DNA of 64,000 bases, from the NCBI GenBank assembly GCA_039545335.1, contig BCIN01000003.1, forward strand, positions 682,001 through 746,000, read 5' to 3'. The DNA is from Kondoa subrosea (Eukaryota). The notes beneath the pieces are model-generated. The model searched no databases, was not told the DNA's origin, and saw nothing but the letters and a program-made list of their open reading frames with translations. Numbering within the stretch: the first letter of the stretch is position 1; every line of letters starts with the position of its first letter. Shown here in pieces: positions 51,140 through 64,000 of this stretch. A program made the translations under genes and the position numbers.

Positions 51140-54100
51140 ATGAGCTCTCAAAATGGTCAGGTCGAGCTGTCCGAGGATATCGAGCAACCTACACCAACAG
51201 AAGAGGGTCCTTTATCCACCTCATCTGGTAGTGCTGCTGTACCAGAGATCATAGTCAACGGGCAGGAAGATAAAGCGGTAGCAGTTCCAGAGAATCAAGA
51301 CGTGAAAGACTTACCGCCTTTACCACAATCTCCTGCTGTGCCTACATCTAATGCAGCAGATAAGAGCTTGCCAGTTGAGAAGCCCAAGTTGAATCGCGCA
51401 GAAACGGACGTGCCTTTCGAATCTGTTTCTTTGGACGAATCAAGAGGCAGTACACCTCAACATGAGCCATCTACTGTAAGCCCAGCACCAGCAAGGCCGC
51501 AGAAGGGTATCCCTTCTTTACCTCCATCACCTGCTACCTCTTCTTCAAGACCCCGCTCAGATACTGCTTCTACAAGTCGCACAAGTATAACGGACGGATC
51601 TAGACCAGCTCCTCTACTTTCTGGTGTTCTCATCATCGCATCATTGGAGAATATATTGAGCTCTAAAGAAGCCAAGAAAAATGTACCATTGAAAGAAGCT
51701 ACTACTAAAGCTTTGGATGCACTCAAATCGCCAAACCCTACTTCTCTGGATCCACGGTTAATCTTTACGCCATTGAAATTGGCATGCGAAACTCGTTCAT
51801 ACCCTATGATTATCGCTGCATTGGATTGTATAGGCAAACTAGTTTCTCATGCTGGTTTCGCTTCACAACAAACCGGACCAACTCCCTCGACCTCAACTGA
51901 AGATCTGAACGAAACGAATAGTAGTAGTAGAAGATCATCTATCGCATCAGCTTCTGCAGCAGTGTTCAATACTTCTGATCCAGAATTAGCAGAAGAAGTA
52001 GTTTCTACCATTTGCAATTGTTTTATCGATACTTCCTCTTCCTCTTCCAGTTCTGATTCGCAATCAAGTTCAATGACTTCAATACCAAAACAAAGCGGTC
52101 CAGATGCAGTCAACTTACATATCCTATCTGCTCTATTATCACTCATACTCAGTTCTACCGTACCAGTACATCAATCTAGTTTACTCAAAGCAGTCAGAAC
52201 AGTCTATAACGTCTTCCTACTTTCTAAAGGTCAACAAAATCAAATGGTAGCTCAAGGTGCTTTAGGTCAAATTGTGGGAGCTGTTTTTGGTAGAGTTGGG
52301 TTGAACAACAAAGTCGCTCCTTTGCCTGCTACTACAACAAAGAAGGCTGATGGAATGGACGAAGTAAAAGTAGAGGAGAAAGGTCCGGATGAGAAGGAGG
52401 AGAAAGGTACTGCTGAACAAGAAGACAAAGCAAGAGGAAGTACGGAAACTGTTCGACCGGATCAAGAGGTCATTGAAGATGTCGAGAAAGAAGCTGAGAA
52501 GGTCGAGAAAGCAGAAGAAGAGACACCTGCAGTGAACGGTACAGTAGATGGTACAGCTTCGACGGAAAAGATTACCTTGTAAGTCTCCCTCGGTCATACT
52601 TAGAAATCTGCTAACGAAGCGCTATAGGCAAACGTTTGAGAAGAAGAACGATTTTGAAAACTTACCGGATCGCGAAAACTTGGCATCAATGAGTACTCAA
52701 GATCTGCATGTCAAAGATGCTTTCCTCGTCTTCCGAGCGCTATGCAAGCTATCCATGAAACCTCTCGGAAGCGAATCGGAACGAGATCTTCGTTCTCACG
52801 CTATGCGATCCAAATTACTCTCACTCCATCTCATTCTTACTATTCTTCATAATTATATGCCTCTTTTCGTCGATCCCACTGTCATCATCCATTCCGCTTC
52901 AAGAGAAGAACAAACACCTTTCATTGTCGCCATCAAGCAGTATTTATGTCTCAGCTTGAGCAGAAATGGTTTAAGCCCGGTCATCAATGTTTTCGAATTG
53001 AGTTGCGAGATCTTCTGGCGTGTACTCAGCGGAATGCGGAACAAGCTGAAAGTTAGTGGACGCCTTGCTTTTTAGTTCAGTACTGATAGCCATTGATACT
53101 GACATCAACAGAAGGAAATTGAAGTCCTGCTCAATGAAATCTTCCTACCTATCCTTGAAATGAAGAGCTCAACAGTCAAACAGAAATCCATTCTACTCGC
53201 AGTCATGTCTCGGCTGTGTCATGATCCCCAAGCTTTGGTCGAAATCTACATCAACTATGATTGCGATCGAAGTTCTCTTGACAACGTTTACGAAAGGTTG
53301 ATTAATATCGTCTCTCGTANCGNNACAACNCACTANACGACTTCAACNATTCCTTCTGTACATCCAGGCAATGACTTGATTACAGCACCTCCTTCAGCTG
53401 GNTCNTTCGCTACTGCTCCACCNGCTCCAAACTCTCCAAATCCCGCCAATCTTTCTTCCTGGACAGCTGAAACGCACGTCTACGGCAACATGCCATATGA
53501 AACGAGACTCAAGCGACAATCACTAGAAGCGCTTGTTTTCACCTTACGTTCTTTAGTCAGCTGGGCTGGAAAAGGTTCTTTGCCTACCAGTGGATCTACA
53601 ACGGAACTCTCTGCTGCCCTAGCCTTACCAGCAGACGATATGAATCGATTCAGCGAAGATCGACGATTCAGTTCAAGCGAGACCGATTTACATCATGCTG
53701 CTAATGGGAACAGTGGAACTGCGACTCCTGATATTGGTGATGATCCCAGTCGGTTTGAGAATGCTAAACAGCGAAAGACTACTTTGCTTGAAGGAATAAA
53801 GAAGTTCAACTTCAAGCCGAAAAAGGTGAGTTTGGCTGAAGCAGTTCGCTCGGAAATTTCATGCGTGTCGATCAGGGTGTCAAATTTCTTATCGAACATG
53901 GCTTTATTCGATCTGCTGAACCAAAAGATGTTGCTCGTTTCCTATTGCAAGCTGATGGTCTGAACAAGGCTATGATCGGTGAATACCTAGGAGAAGGGTA
54001 GGCACAGTCATTTCGCATTTTGTGGTGGCTGGTCTCATTTCATGCTCGTATGACAGGGATGACGAGAACGTAGCGACCATGCATGCTTTCGTCGATATGA

Positions 54101-57100
54101 TGGATTTCACCAACACCCGCTTCACTGATGCTCTTCGTACTTTCTTACAATCGTTCCGTCTACCTGGGGAATCGCAAAAGATTGATCGCTTCATGCTGAA
54201 ATTTGCCGACCGGTATATTGGCGGCAATCCTACGGTTTTCGTCAACGCAGGTATGTTTGGTCTTGCGATTATTTACCATAGTCTGATCGGTTCCATCAGA
54301 TACCGCCTATATTCTCTCCTACTCTACTATTATGCTGAATACAGATCAGCATAGTCCTCAGGTCAAAAATCGCATGTCTAAAGCTGAATTCATAAAGAAC
54401 AATCGAGGCATCAACGATGGTCAGGATGTGCCGGAAGAAGTGCTCACCGGTATCTTCGACGAAATCGTTGCTTCCGAGATTCGGATGAAGGATGAAATAG
54501 ATCTGACCGGAATACAACCAACAACAGGCATTGCTGGCGCTCTAGCTGGAGTTGGTCGTGATTTGCAACGAGAAGCATACGTCCTGGAATCAGAGGGTAT
54601 GGCATCCAAAACAGAAGCTTTGTTCCGAACCATGTTGCGCGGCCAAAGAAGAGGAGCTGCAGCGCGACCAACAGAGCAATTCTTTGCTGCTTCGTCGATA
54701 GAACATGTCAGACCTATGTTTGCAATTGCTTGGATGCCAATTCTTGCAGGAATTTCTGGTCCTCTGCAAGATTCAGAAGATATCGAGATGGTCAACCTAA
54801 GTCTCGAAGGATTCAAGCAAGCAATCAAGATTGTATGTCTCTTTGATCTCGAGCTGGAAAGAAATGCTTTCGTCACCACACTTGCCAAATTTACTTTCCT
54901 GAACAACTTTGGTGAGATGCGGACAAAGAATGTAGAAGCTATCAAGACTATGCTCGAAGTGGCTATCGTCGACGGAAACTACTTGAAGACGTCTTGGCGC
55001 GAAGTCATGACATGTGTCAGCCAACTTGAACGGTTCCAATTGTTCTCATCCGGGGCTGATGCAAAGTCTGGAGCTGACCTGACAAGGCGGCCGTAGGTCC
55101 AAATTTCAGACTACGTATCGCGCTGATACATGGCTTTGCAGCGGGCAAGGTCCTCGTAAAGGCAGTGGCAGACGAGCGAGCACAATGAGCAGACCGACCG
55201 ATGAAGTCGCCAACGAAACGCGGTCAACGCAAATTACAATAGCTGCCGATCGCATCTTTTCAACCAGTCATAGTCTATCAGGAGTGAGTTTTATGGGAGA
55301 CTAGAGTATTCAAGCTAATGACTTTCAGACTGCGATTGTCGATTTCGTTCGAGCGCTGGCGGACGTATCATGGGAGGAAATTCGGTCATCTGGATTGACA
55401 GAGCAGCCAAGAACCTTCTGTCTGCAGAAACTGGTCGAGATTTCCTACTACAACATGAACCGTATTCGTTTGGAATGGTCAAACATCTGGGCAATCTTGG
55501 GAGAACACTTCAATCAGGTCTGCTGTCACACAAATCTGAAAGTCAGCTTTTTCGCCCTCGATTCACTTCGGCAATTGGCTTCGCGCTTTTTAGAAAAGGA
55601 NGAGCTGGCCCATTTCAAGTTTCAGAAAGACTTCTTGAAGCCTTTCGAATACGCCATGATCCATAACAACAACCCAGACGTGCGAGATATGGTAGGTCTG
55701 ACTCGAGACAGCTTAGCATGTTCTCATGCGTTACCAGATTTTGCAATGCTTCCGACAAATGATCTTGGCTCGTGTGAACAATCTCAGATCTGGCTGGCGC
55801 ACGATGTTTGGTGTCTTCTCAGCGGCTTCAAAAGTCATGGCTGGTAAGTAAAGCTAACACGTGTTGTTCGCCTCTAATGCCATGACTAGAGCGAGTCGCA
55901 AGTCAAGCATTCGACATGGTGAAAGATCTCAACAGAGACTATTTCTCTCGCATAATTGTCAGCGGATCATTCGCAGACCTTGCAGTCTGTATCACCGACT
56001 TCTGCAAGATCAACAAGTATCAAAAAATCAGTTTGCATGCTATTGAGATGCTCAAAGGTCTCATACCGCAAATGCTGGCATGTCCTGAATGTCCACTAAG
56101 TCAGCCGAACCTTCAAGTAGCTGAAGTTGACACCCAACCTGTTGACGATCCTATGTAGGTCGAGATTGTTTCAGCTGGCCTCTGCATTAACCTTGGCTTT
56201 CAGGATCAAATACTGGTTCCCTGTACTTTTTGGCTTCTATGACATTATCATGAATGGTGAAGACCTAGAAGTACGAAAGAGGTCAGTGACTACATGGATT
56301 GTTCAGCCGACGAATGGCTTATTAGTTCTGCAGAGCCCTGGATTACCTCTTTGAAACCCTCAAAGTTCATGGTCGCTCTTTCCCAGCTTACTTCTGGGAT
56401 TCGGTCTGCAAAGAAGTCCTCTTCCCTATTTTTGCTGTGTTGAGATCACGGTCGGACGTTTCAAGATTCAGCACGCACGAAGACATGAGCGTCTGGCTGT
56501 CCACAACCATGATTCAAGCTCTGCGCAACCTTATCGATCTCTTCACTCACTACTTCGATGTATTGGCAAGAATGCTAGACAAACTGCTGGATCTGTTGTG
56601 CGAATGCATCTGCCAAGGTATATTAGATGTCACAGTTCTAAGATCCATCCTAATACTCGGTACAGAGAACGATACACTGGCTCGAATAGGCACGTCATGT
56701 CTGCAACAGCTTCTAGAGAAGAATGTCAAGAAACTCAGTCCCAGCTTATGGGAGAAGATTGTCTCAACCTTTATAACTTTATTCCATACAACAACAGCTA
56801 ATCAGCTCTTCGACGAGCGACTACGCATGCCTCTTACAGCAAGTGATGCGGAAAATGTAGAGCAATGCAAGTTATTTTTCACTTTCACGGTAGACAGAGC
56901 TGACGACTGCAAATAGCACAACCTAGCTTCATAGCACCGGTACCTCTAGATCCTAACACGCCAACGACGGAACAGCGAGCGTTTGGCTTTCATCCGATAC
57001 CAGATCGCAAGAAGGTCTTCCGCCAAATTATAGTCAAATGTGTGTTACAGCTCCTGCTGATCGAGACGGCACACGAGCTATTGCAAAACGAGGAAGTGTA

Positions 57101-57872
57101 CACAACAATACCACCAGCAGATCTATTAAAGCTTATGGCTGTCCTCGATGAGAGCTACCAATTCGCGAAGAAGTTCAACGCGGACAAGGAGCTCCGTATG
57201 GCCCTGTGGAAAGTTGGTAAGTTGCCGATTCCATTCAATTGATATTTGTCTGATCACTCTGTCTTTAAGGCTTCATGAAACAGCTTCCTAATTTGCTCAA
57301 GCAAGAGTCTAGCAGCGCAGCGACATTGGTCAATGTACTGCTACGGATGCTCAATGATCAACGGCCAGAACATACCGATAAGAGGAGCGAAACAGTCGAT
57401 GCTTTTACACCGTGAGCGGACATGTATTGCGCTGTGCTATTCTCAGAACTTATCTCCTGAGCAACTAGGTTGGGCTTGCAAATCATTTCGAATTATATCG
57501 CGCTGGATGGCGAGACTCAGGCGAGAAACATTGCAGCTTGGACACCGGTTGTGACAGAAGTGCTCCAAGGCTTTTCTGGATTCGAGGATTCGTTTGTACG
57601 TGTCTTCGATATATCGCTGAGTGATCTCTCACACTCTGCACAGTTATCCGATCATGTATCGATGCTATATCCGCTGGCAGTAGATTTGCTAGCAAGAGAA
57701 TTGGTGCCAGAAGTACGGGAGTCTTTAAGAGGGTAGGCAGGAGTCTTCTTCTTTGAACTCATTCTGATTGCTTGGCAGGTTGTTTTATCGCATTGGTGCT
57801 GTCAAGGGATTAATTTCTGTAGAGGATTCAGGTTCGCCAATTTCGAATGGCGCTCACGAGCCAGAGGATTAG
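51140..57872 (+). CDS. SEC7: Sec7/BIG-family Arf guanine nucleotide exchange factor (DCB-HUS-Sec7-HDS)
   Basis: [19 protein letters not shown] box [60 protein letters not shown]. Confidence 0.97.
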
Positions 57873-58064
57873 ATATGTAAATGTTTTTGTTGAGGTAGAG
57901 ATAATGACAGGTTCATTGAGCATCCGCCAGACACTGTAATTAGAGTGCATTTCGACTACTTGCTTACTTCATCGCCTTTCCAGCTGCAGTGTCTTCAATA
58001 ACAAGCAACTCTGAAGCAACTTTATGCCCTACTTCGCATTATATACAGCGGAAGAGAATAGATC

Positions 58065-58511
58065 ATGACTGTGCCGGAACCTCAAAGTCTGCAAGATATA
58101 GAGGAAAGACTTTGGGCAAGAGATATAGATAAAGAACGCGCAATAGCCAACTTTCACGCGTCAAGACGCTCCCAGAGCGATCCGCAAAGCTTTCTACGAC
58201 CTCAGCGACGCGCCAGACAAGAAGCAGAGCAAAATCGCTGCAGAAGCAATTTTGCATTGCTTCGCTTCGCGTTGCTATATACTGAAGGGTCTTTACAGAC
58301 CTGTTGGCTACTTGACGACAAGGGCTATGGGCCAGAAACAGATGAAGGAAGACTTGGCATGGGTTTCGACATGTGGTCAGAAGCGCGGGAGATCTTGACT
58401 AATGGTAAGGTATTATGTATTTGGTGTTGAATGGTGATTTTTTACACTTCATGAACAGGCTGGACTGAAAACGAGCCAAAAAGTAAGAGAAGAAGGCTGG
58501 ACGACGACTAG
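58065..58511 (+). CDS. Small hypothetical protein with C-terminal NLS-like KSKRRR
   Basis: ORF from ATG 58065 joins via a GTAAGG...CAG intron to WTENEPKSKRRRLDDD*. Confidence 0.45.
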
Positions 58512-58660
58512 AGATGTTGATTCAGTAGAAATGTAAAAGCTAGAGTAGAGCTGAGATCTGCAAAGCTTAAAATTGTGATCAGCTTTGGTGTTCGAACGGA
58601 TCTTCTGTCATCTACTTGTACTGAAGGGCGAAACAAAGTACTAGGCGACTCTTGATCAGA

Positions 58661-60107
58661 TCAATTCCAAGTCTGTACAATCCCGCTGGCTGCTATCAAC
58701 CGCTTAAACAACTTGTCTCCAGACAGATGACGAAAATAGCTGAATTCGATATGCAGCTCCTTTGAGCCGAGGGCGCTGAGCCGGGTGAGATCTTGCATAA
58801 AAACATCTTGAACTCGAGATTTCAGCGACACACTATCTGTTGAATTATCCGCCGAGCTGAGATCAAGGCATGCCTTTAAATCTTCGAGTCTACCAAGGCT
58901 GAATGCAACAGAAAGCTTGACTAAATTCGGCAATGCTCTTGATCCACACAGCACTCTCAGCAAGTCACTTGGGCACCTGTCGCCGTGTTTGAAGAGAGCT
59001 TCGTATGGAAGATTTAAGGAGAGCTTGAAGTTTTTGAGCTTCGAACAAGGAGAAGATGGATGAAAGAGGTTTGAGAGTAATCGCAAGAGGTAGCCAAACC
59101 TGGATGTAGTTTGATCAGGTCCGTATTGCGAATTTCCATCGATCGTGAACCCTAGGACCAAATCTTCACAATTTGGAAAGATGGCGCTGATAGGCACGGA
59201 GATTGCGGACCCTGCTTCTTCTAGGAGTAAATTGTCCACTTTGAGGGTAGTTATTGTAGTGCGCTTTATCACTCCAAAGATATTATCATAGGTATTCTCC
59301 CATCTCATTGGATTTTCCAGGAGATCAAGAGCAAAATGTTTGATTGAGGAGAATATCTTTAGCACTTCGTGTAACCCTTGATCACTACCAGCATCAGCTT
59401 CCGGATTGATTATTTCGATGCGATCAATAGGAGCTTGAATTTTCAGGCTGTGAAGTTCCAAGGCTTGGAAGGAGGTATCGATGAAGATCAGGCTGCAGAG
59501 CGAAGAACTTGCCAGAATTACATAACAAAGGCACACCAACTGTCGTCGAGCCTCTGATCCCAGTCATAGGGCTGAAAGCTAAAGGTTTGTAGCGTATTTA
59601 GAAAAGGCAGGGTGTTCATTTCCGCTAAGGTAGGCAAAGGAAAGTCGTTCACTGGAAGGCCGTCGACGAACCGATTATTTAAGGGCAGCGACTCTCTTAT
59701 GCATTGTATACTGAGATGGGTGATGAATGGACATTGCCGCAGCGTGGACAGGACTGGGCGGAAGCTTGCTTCGTATTCAGCTGGCAAATAGGTTCCGAGT
59801 ACGTGCGATTCTGCGTCTTCAGCTATTACCTTCAGGATCCAGGTTACTGATTGTACCAATCCTCCGTATTCTGCCTTGTCGTGCAAAGTTCCGCAAGATG
59901 CAAGACCTTGCAGTTGCGCGCCAGAGATAGATTTGTACAGGCAAGGCCGAGCAAGTGAAGAAAATAGCGCTGCGTGCAATGAGATGAGACGCAGTATAAA
60001 TACAAACCGAAGAGAAACGGACTGCAAGCCAGAGAAACGCTTGCGAGATCCTTCGAATCCTCAATTTCGCCAAAGATCACTAAAAGCAGCTCTACAGGAA
60101 GACGCAT
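58661..60107 (-). CDS. F-box/LRR-like protein (paralog of 43086-44699)
   Basis: MRLPVELLLVIFGEIEDSKDLASVSLAC|...LARPCLYKSI F-box. Frame change near 59520 is either a 44-nt GT-AG intron or a frameshift. Confidence 0.65.
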
Positions 60108-60369
60108 GTGTATAGACGCAGCTGTGCATAGATCAGAGTCAACGCTTGGACGCAACTTGTGGAACGGGAAAGCGAGAAGCAAGCTGAGAAATGGGCAACG
60201 GACACGACAGCGATACAAAGGAGAAGATCACCTACAACTTGCAGCTAAGCCTGACTGCTCCAGGAAGACCCTCGTTTCGAAAATTTGGATCCAAGCTTTT
60301 GCTTTGAACAGTGATCTGCTTTGTAATCCCCAGCTGATCCTCGCTTTGCATAGTGATCTACGTCTCACG

Positions 60370-62397
60370 ATGAACGCGACACCTCGAATTAAGTCAGAAG
60401 ACAACGCGACTGTACCACATCCTCCTTATCCAGTGGATGGTAATGGCGCTTTCAACAATTATCACTTGGCAGCAGCAGTCGTGCTAGGTCCTGCTATCTT
60501 CCTAGCCTTCATGCCTTTCTTATCCTTGACCTGGTTTTCATACAAGATCTTCTTCTTGCTGCTCGGTGTCCCTATAACTGCAGGTTACTGGCAATTCATC
60601 TCCATGTACGGTGGGAACACACGGGACAACGTCAAGATGCCCGGGAAACCTCAAAGCGATTATCTGCTCATCAAAGACCCAGAACTTAAGGAGAAGTATG
60701 CTAATAAGAAGATCCCTATGCAAATCGCCTATGATGCCTACTTTGATCAGAAATTGGATATCAAGGGAGATGTATTGACTGCTTTGGAGCATCGCCATGA
60801 TTGGGCTACGTTTCAGTTCACTCCTGAGATTTGGAAGGTGCGAGATGAGGAGCCCGGATGCTGGCTGTAGCTGAGCTTCTGGATTTTCTCTTCGTACAGT
60901 TTCTCTTTATGAACTTCTTCCCTGAAGTCATTATGCACACTCGGCAACAAGATGAAGATCAGATTCGCTCAAACTATGACCGAGGAACTGATTTCTATTC
61001 CTGGTTGGTCCAATACAGCGAATGCCTGTTACTTTAGCTCATGTAACAACTTCTACCCAAACAGGTTCCTCGGCCCTCGGATGATCTACACTTCAGGCGT
61101 AGTAAGCGACGCCAGCAAAGAAGAATCACTCGAAGAACTTCAAGATAACAAACTCGCTCTCGTCTGCCACAAACTAGACTTACAACCTTCCGATCGTTTA
61201 CTCGATATCGGATGTGGATGGGGCACTTTAGTCGCATACGCTGCCAAAAATTTTGGTTGCGATGTCACTGGTTTGACTTTGGCTCAAACGGGTGCTAAGT
61301 TTGGGAATGAGAGAATCGCGGAAAGTGGAGTCAAGGAAAGTCAAGCGAGGATCTTGTGCTTGGATTATAGAGATATGCCTAAAGAGAAGAAATTCACGAA
61401 GATTGTTTCGCTCGAAATGGCAGAGGTCAGTGCAATGATGGGAAAAAATTAGATTCAATCTGATGCTATCTGAGTTTGCTGACAGCATGTCGGTGTATTG
61501 CGGTATTCTGGGTTCCTCAAGCAAGTCTACGATCTACTGGATGATAACGGAACTTTCCTCTTCCAAGTTGCTGGTCTAAGGCCACATTGGCAGTTCGAAG
61601 ACATTGTCTGGGTTAGTTGACTATTTCACGCTCGACTGCATCTATTGATCGATGATATAGGGTCTCTTCATGAACAAGTACATTTTCCGTGAGTTGTCCG
61701 AAAGATCTAGCATAACCATGCTAATCTTTCCGCCATCGCTCACAGCTGGCGCTGACGCATCTGCTTCTCTTGGATGGGTGATCAACAAGCTGGAAGGTGT
61801 CGGTTTCGAAGTCAAAAGCATTGATGTACTCGGTGTGCATTATGCAGCTACCATATATAGGTGCGCTGGAGTCATGATCATTCAGCATGACGCTGATATT
61901 TTCGTCTGATTCATATGCACAGATGGTACAAGAACTGGTTAGCGAACAAGGACAAGATTCTGGCTAAATATGGAGAAAGATGGTTCCGTATTTGGTCTTA
62001 CTTTTTGGCTTCTTCAGTCATTACCGCTAGGTACGGGGTCAATGACATCTATCAGACTAGTACTGATTTTGGTATCATCTCTTGTACAGACAAGGAGGTT
62101 CATCTGTATTCCAGGTTCGATTACTGGTCTTGCTTGTTGAGGACAGCAGCTGACATTCTTCTCAAAGATCACACTACACAAGAACGTGAGTCTTATTGTG
62201 ACACTTTCGCTGGCCATAACTGAATTCGTTTGAACAGTTAAACGCGTATCACCGAATTCAAGGTGTACCATCACACAGCTCGATCCATATTCCCAAAAAG
62301 GAGGGCGTACAGTCAGTAATATCTCGTGCCAGGCTCGTTCATAGCTGAGGATTCTTGATATTCTGACAGGCTCGTTGGACAATCAGTGACATTGTAG
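60370..62397 (+). CDS. Sphingolipid (glucosylceramide) C9-methyltransferase, CFA-synthase family
   Basis: Two N-terminal TMs (GNGAFNNYHL...), QDEDQIRSNYDRG, FLGPRMIYTSG, LLDIGCGWGTL, KIVSLEMAEHVG, MNKYIFPGADAS. Confidence 0.9.
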
Positions 62398-62578
62398 ATT
62401 CAAAACGGATAGAAGTGAAGGCATCAGGGAAACTATAGAGGAGATTAGAGTCGCTTTCGCAAGCACAACAAAAGCATGTCTAATGCAAGCTCGAAGCGCT
62501 GAGCGTTTCGTTAAATTTCCACGACACTCTTGATCTGCTACATCCGCTACCCTTAGCTGAATACCTCTTCAAGACAGC

Positions 62579-63060
62579 ATGAATACCTGCAGAACACTTC
62601 GCTCGTTTCCTAAACAGCAATCTCTGCCCCTAGCTTGTCACAGGTCAGTGCATTCTGCAGATAAAGATGTCAAGGCATATCTTACTCGCACGATGCATAT
62701 GACAGACCTGCTTCTACTCAAGCTACTCCAATAAGACCGAACGCCGCGCCTCAACCATCGAAGCAGAAGAAGGAGCCTTCAAGGCATAGACTGGTCTACA
62801 CGGTCAGTTGATGCAGCTGAGTTCCTGCACTGCGTGCTCAATACACCATGTAGGAATTTGCTCCAGCTATCATCAGCGCTCTAGCAATAGGCAGCATTGT
62901 GTATATCGGCCTCGAATTGGCTCAGAACCGCTTAGAACTTCGGTATACCAAACAAGATTACGAAGCTCAAGTCGCTAAGCTGGAGAGTGAATTAAGTTCT
63001 GTACAATCACCTGCTACTCAATCAACATCGCAGAAGAAATCCTCTTGGTGGCCTTTCTAG
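62579..63060 (+). CDS. Small single-TM mitochondrial protein with coiled coil (Ina17-like)
   Basis: Presequence-like start; FAPAIISALAIGSIVYIGLEL TM; coiled coil YEAQVAKLESEL; ends KKSSWWPF*. Confidence 0.55.
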
Positions 63061-64000
63061 ACAGAAGACCAAACTTGCTGCAATCCGAGTATGGCACTTG
63101 CGAAGCCTGTCAATGCTCTCACAGATTCGCTGCCTCTTCTAATCTCTAACACATCGTATGCTATCAATTCAAACGATCAGAAATTAAGCGATAGAAGGTT
63201 GAATCGACAGACCAGCAAAGATCGTATCACAACCATGCATGATTCTCATCCACCAAACCCTTCTCTCCTTTGCTTTCAGCGCGATCAAATCATTCCTACA
63301 TTTCCTACTCTTCTCTTCCCCTTCTAAATCACCTTTAACAGTATTGACTTGTTCCTCCAACAAAATCCTTCGAATCGCTTTACCCTTCCTTTCCGATACT
63401 TGCAATTCTACATGACAAGAATACAATTTAGTCAAAGAAAGCAACAACCAAGTTGAATCGGAATAGAAATCCGCTCTTCTTCTCCATTGGATCAATTTCT
63501 CATTTTGGATGGGTAAAGTCAAAAGCAAAAAATAAGCATCGTCAGCCAAGGCGTTCAGATATATTAGAGTCAATTGCAAGAGGGAATTAAAGGTGAATAG
63601 TTGAGGCTTGGATGGTGGATGTAGTAAGAAGTAGATGGTTTGATAAAGGGTGTTGGCTTTCCGTGAAAGGGAGAGGAAGGAGACTAGCAGGAGAAGGTTT
63701 GGAGTACGACGACGAGAGGGAGAAGGGTTGAAGTAGATGTAAAGGCGAAGGGAGTATTGAATCGCTCGCTGGTCAAACAGTCAGGCTGGAATTCGAAGTG
63801 AAGAAGGGTTGAAAGGCTTAGCGTACAATGAGCTTTTCTCGACCTCGAGCTTGAGATAACAGCAGCTGTAAGGTTAGATCTGGGCGAGGCGTAGGTCGAG
63901 GCGTAGCTGGAACATACTGTAATGCAATTCAGATTTTATTCGTGCCGCTTTCTACACTTTGGCTCATGGACGGCTCACTGTGCTCCTTATGGACGACGGT
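63057..64000 (-). CDS. PEX11-family peroxisomal membrane protein (5' end beyond window)
   Basis: LLSQARGREKLI|RAIQYSLR resembles the Pex11 N-terminal GRDK...QY motif; LSLSRK; CDTIFA; C-terminus ALTGFASAILGLQQVW. Confidence 0.7.

Noticed and set aside
54421..54945. Long antisense ORFs over SEC7, NNT and NOP56 exons
   Set aside because: Expected shadows of codon bias on the opposite strand.
1..64000. Mating-type locus, transposons, CRISPR arrays, tRNA or rRNA genes
   Set aside because: No pheromone, STE3 or homeodomain genes, no transposase or RT motifs, no repeat-spacer arrays and no RNA gene signatures were recognised.

Overview
Gene-dense eukaryotic (fungal) DNA with many short, roughly 40-60 nt GT-AG introns. 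Gene content and intron style suggest a basidiomycete; I cannot name the species. Recognisable housekeeping genes: COY1/CASP, MED14, NNT, BTA1, a SAM carrier, ILS1, SNU23, an NmrA-like gene, a BNA7-like hydrolase, a PPR protein, TRAPPC2L, PPT2, NOP56, SEC7, sphingolipid C9-methyltransferase and a PEX11-family gene. There are also several F-box/LRR-like lineage-specific genes and a tandem GNAT pair. The standout structure is at 6.07-18.1 kb: a ~2.07 kb direct repeat (MED14 5' end, shared promoter, F-box gene) flanks a ~7.9 kb insert. The insert holds two orphan genes and a ~6 kb inverted, now broken copy of SEC7 (intact gene at 51.1-57.9 kb). At the junction the MED14 ATG is destroyed and the next, alternative-frame ATG reads in frame into the SEC7 copy. 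That copy differs from SEC7 mostly at synonymous sites, consistent with a chimeric gene (or a diverged allele) that was once under selection and later decayed. Other points: Pho4-like motifs upstream of BTA1, head-to-head ATGs only 21 and 41 nt apart, and two convergent genes sharing a CTAG stop palindrome. Exon boundaries were read by eye and are approximate. Assembly Ns inside the repeats mean part of the duplication could be an assembly or haplotype artefact.
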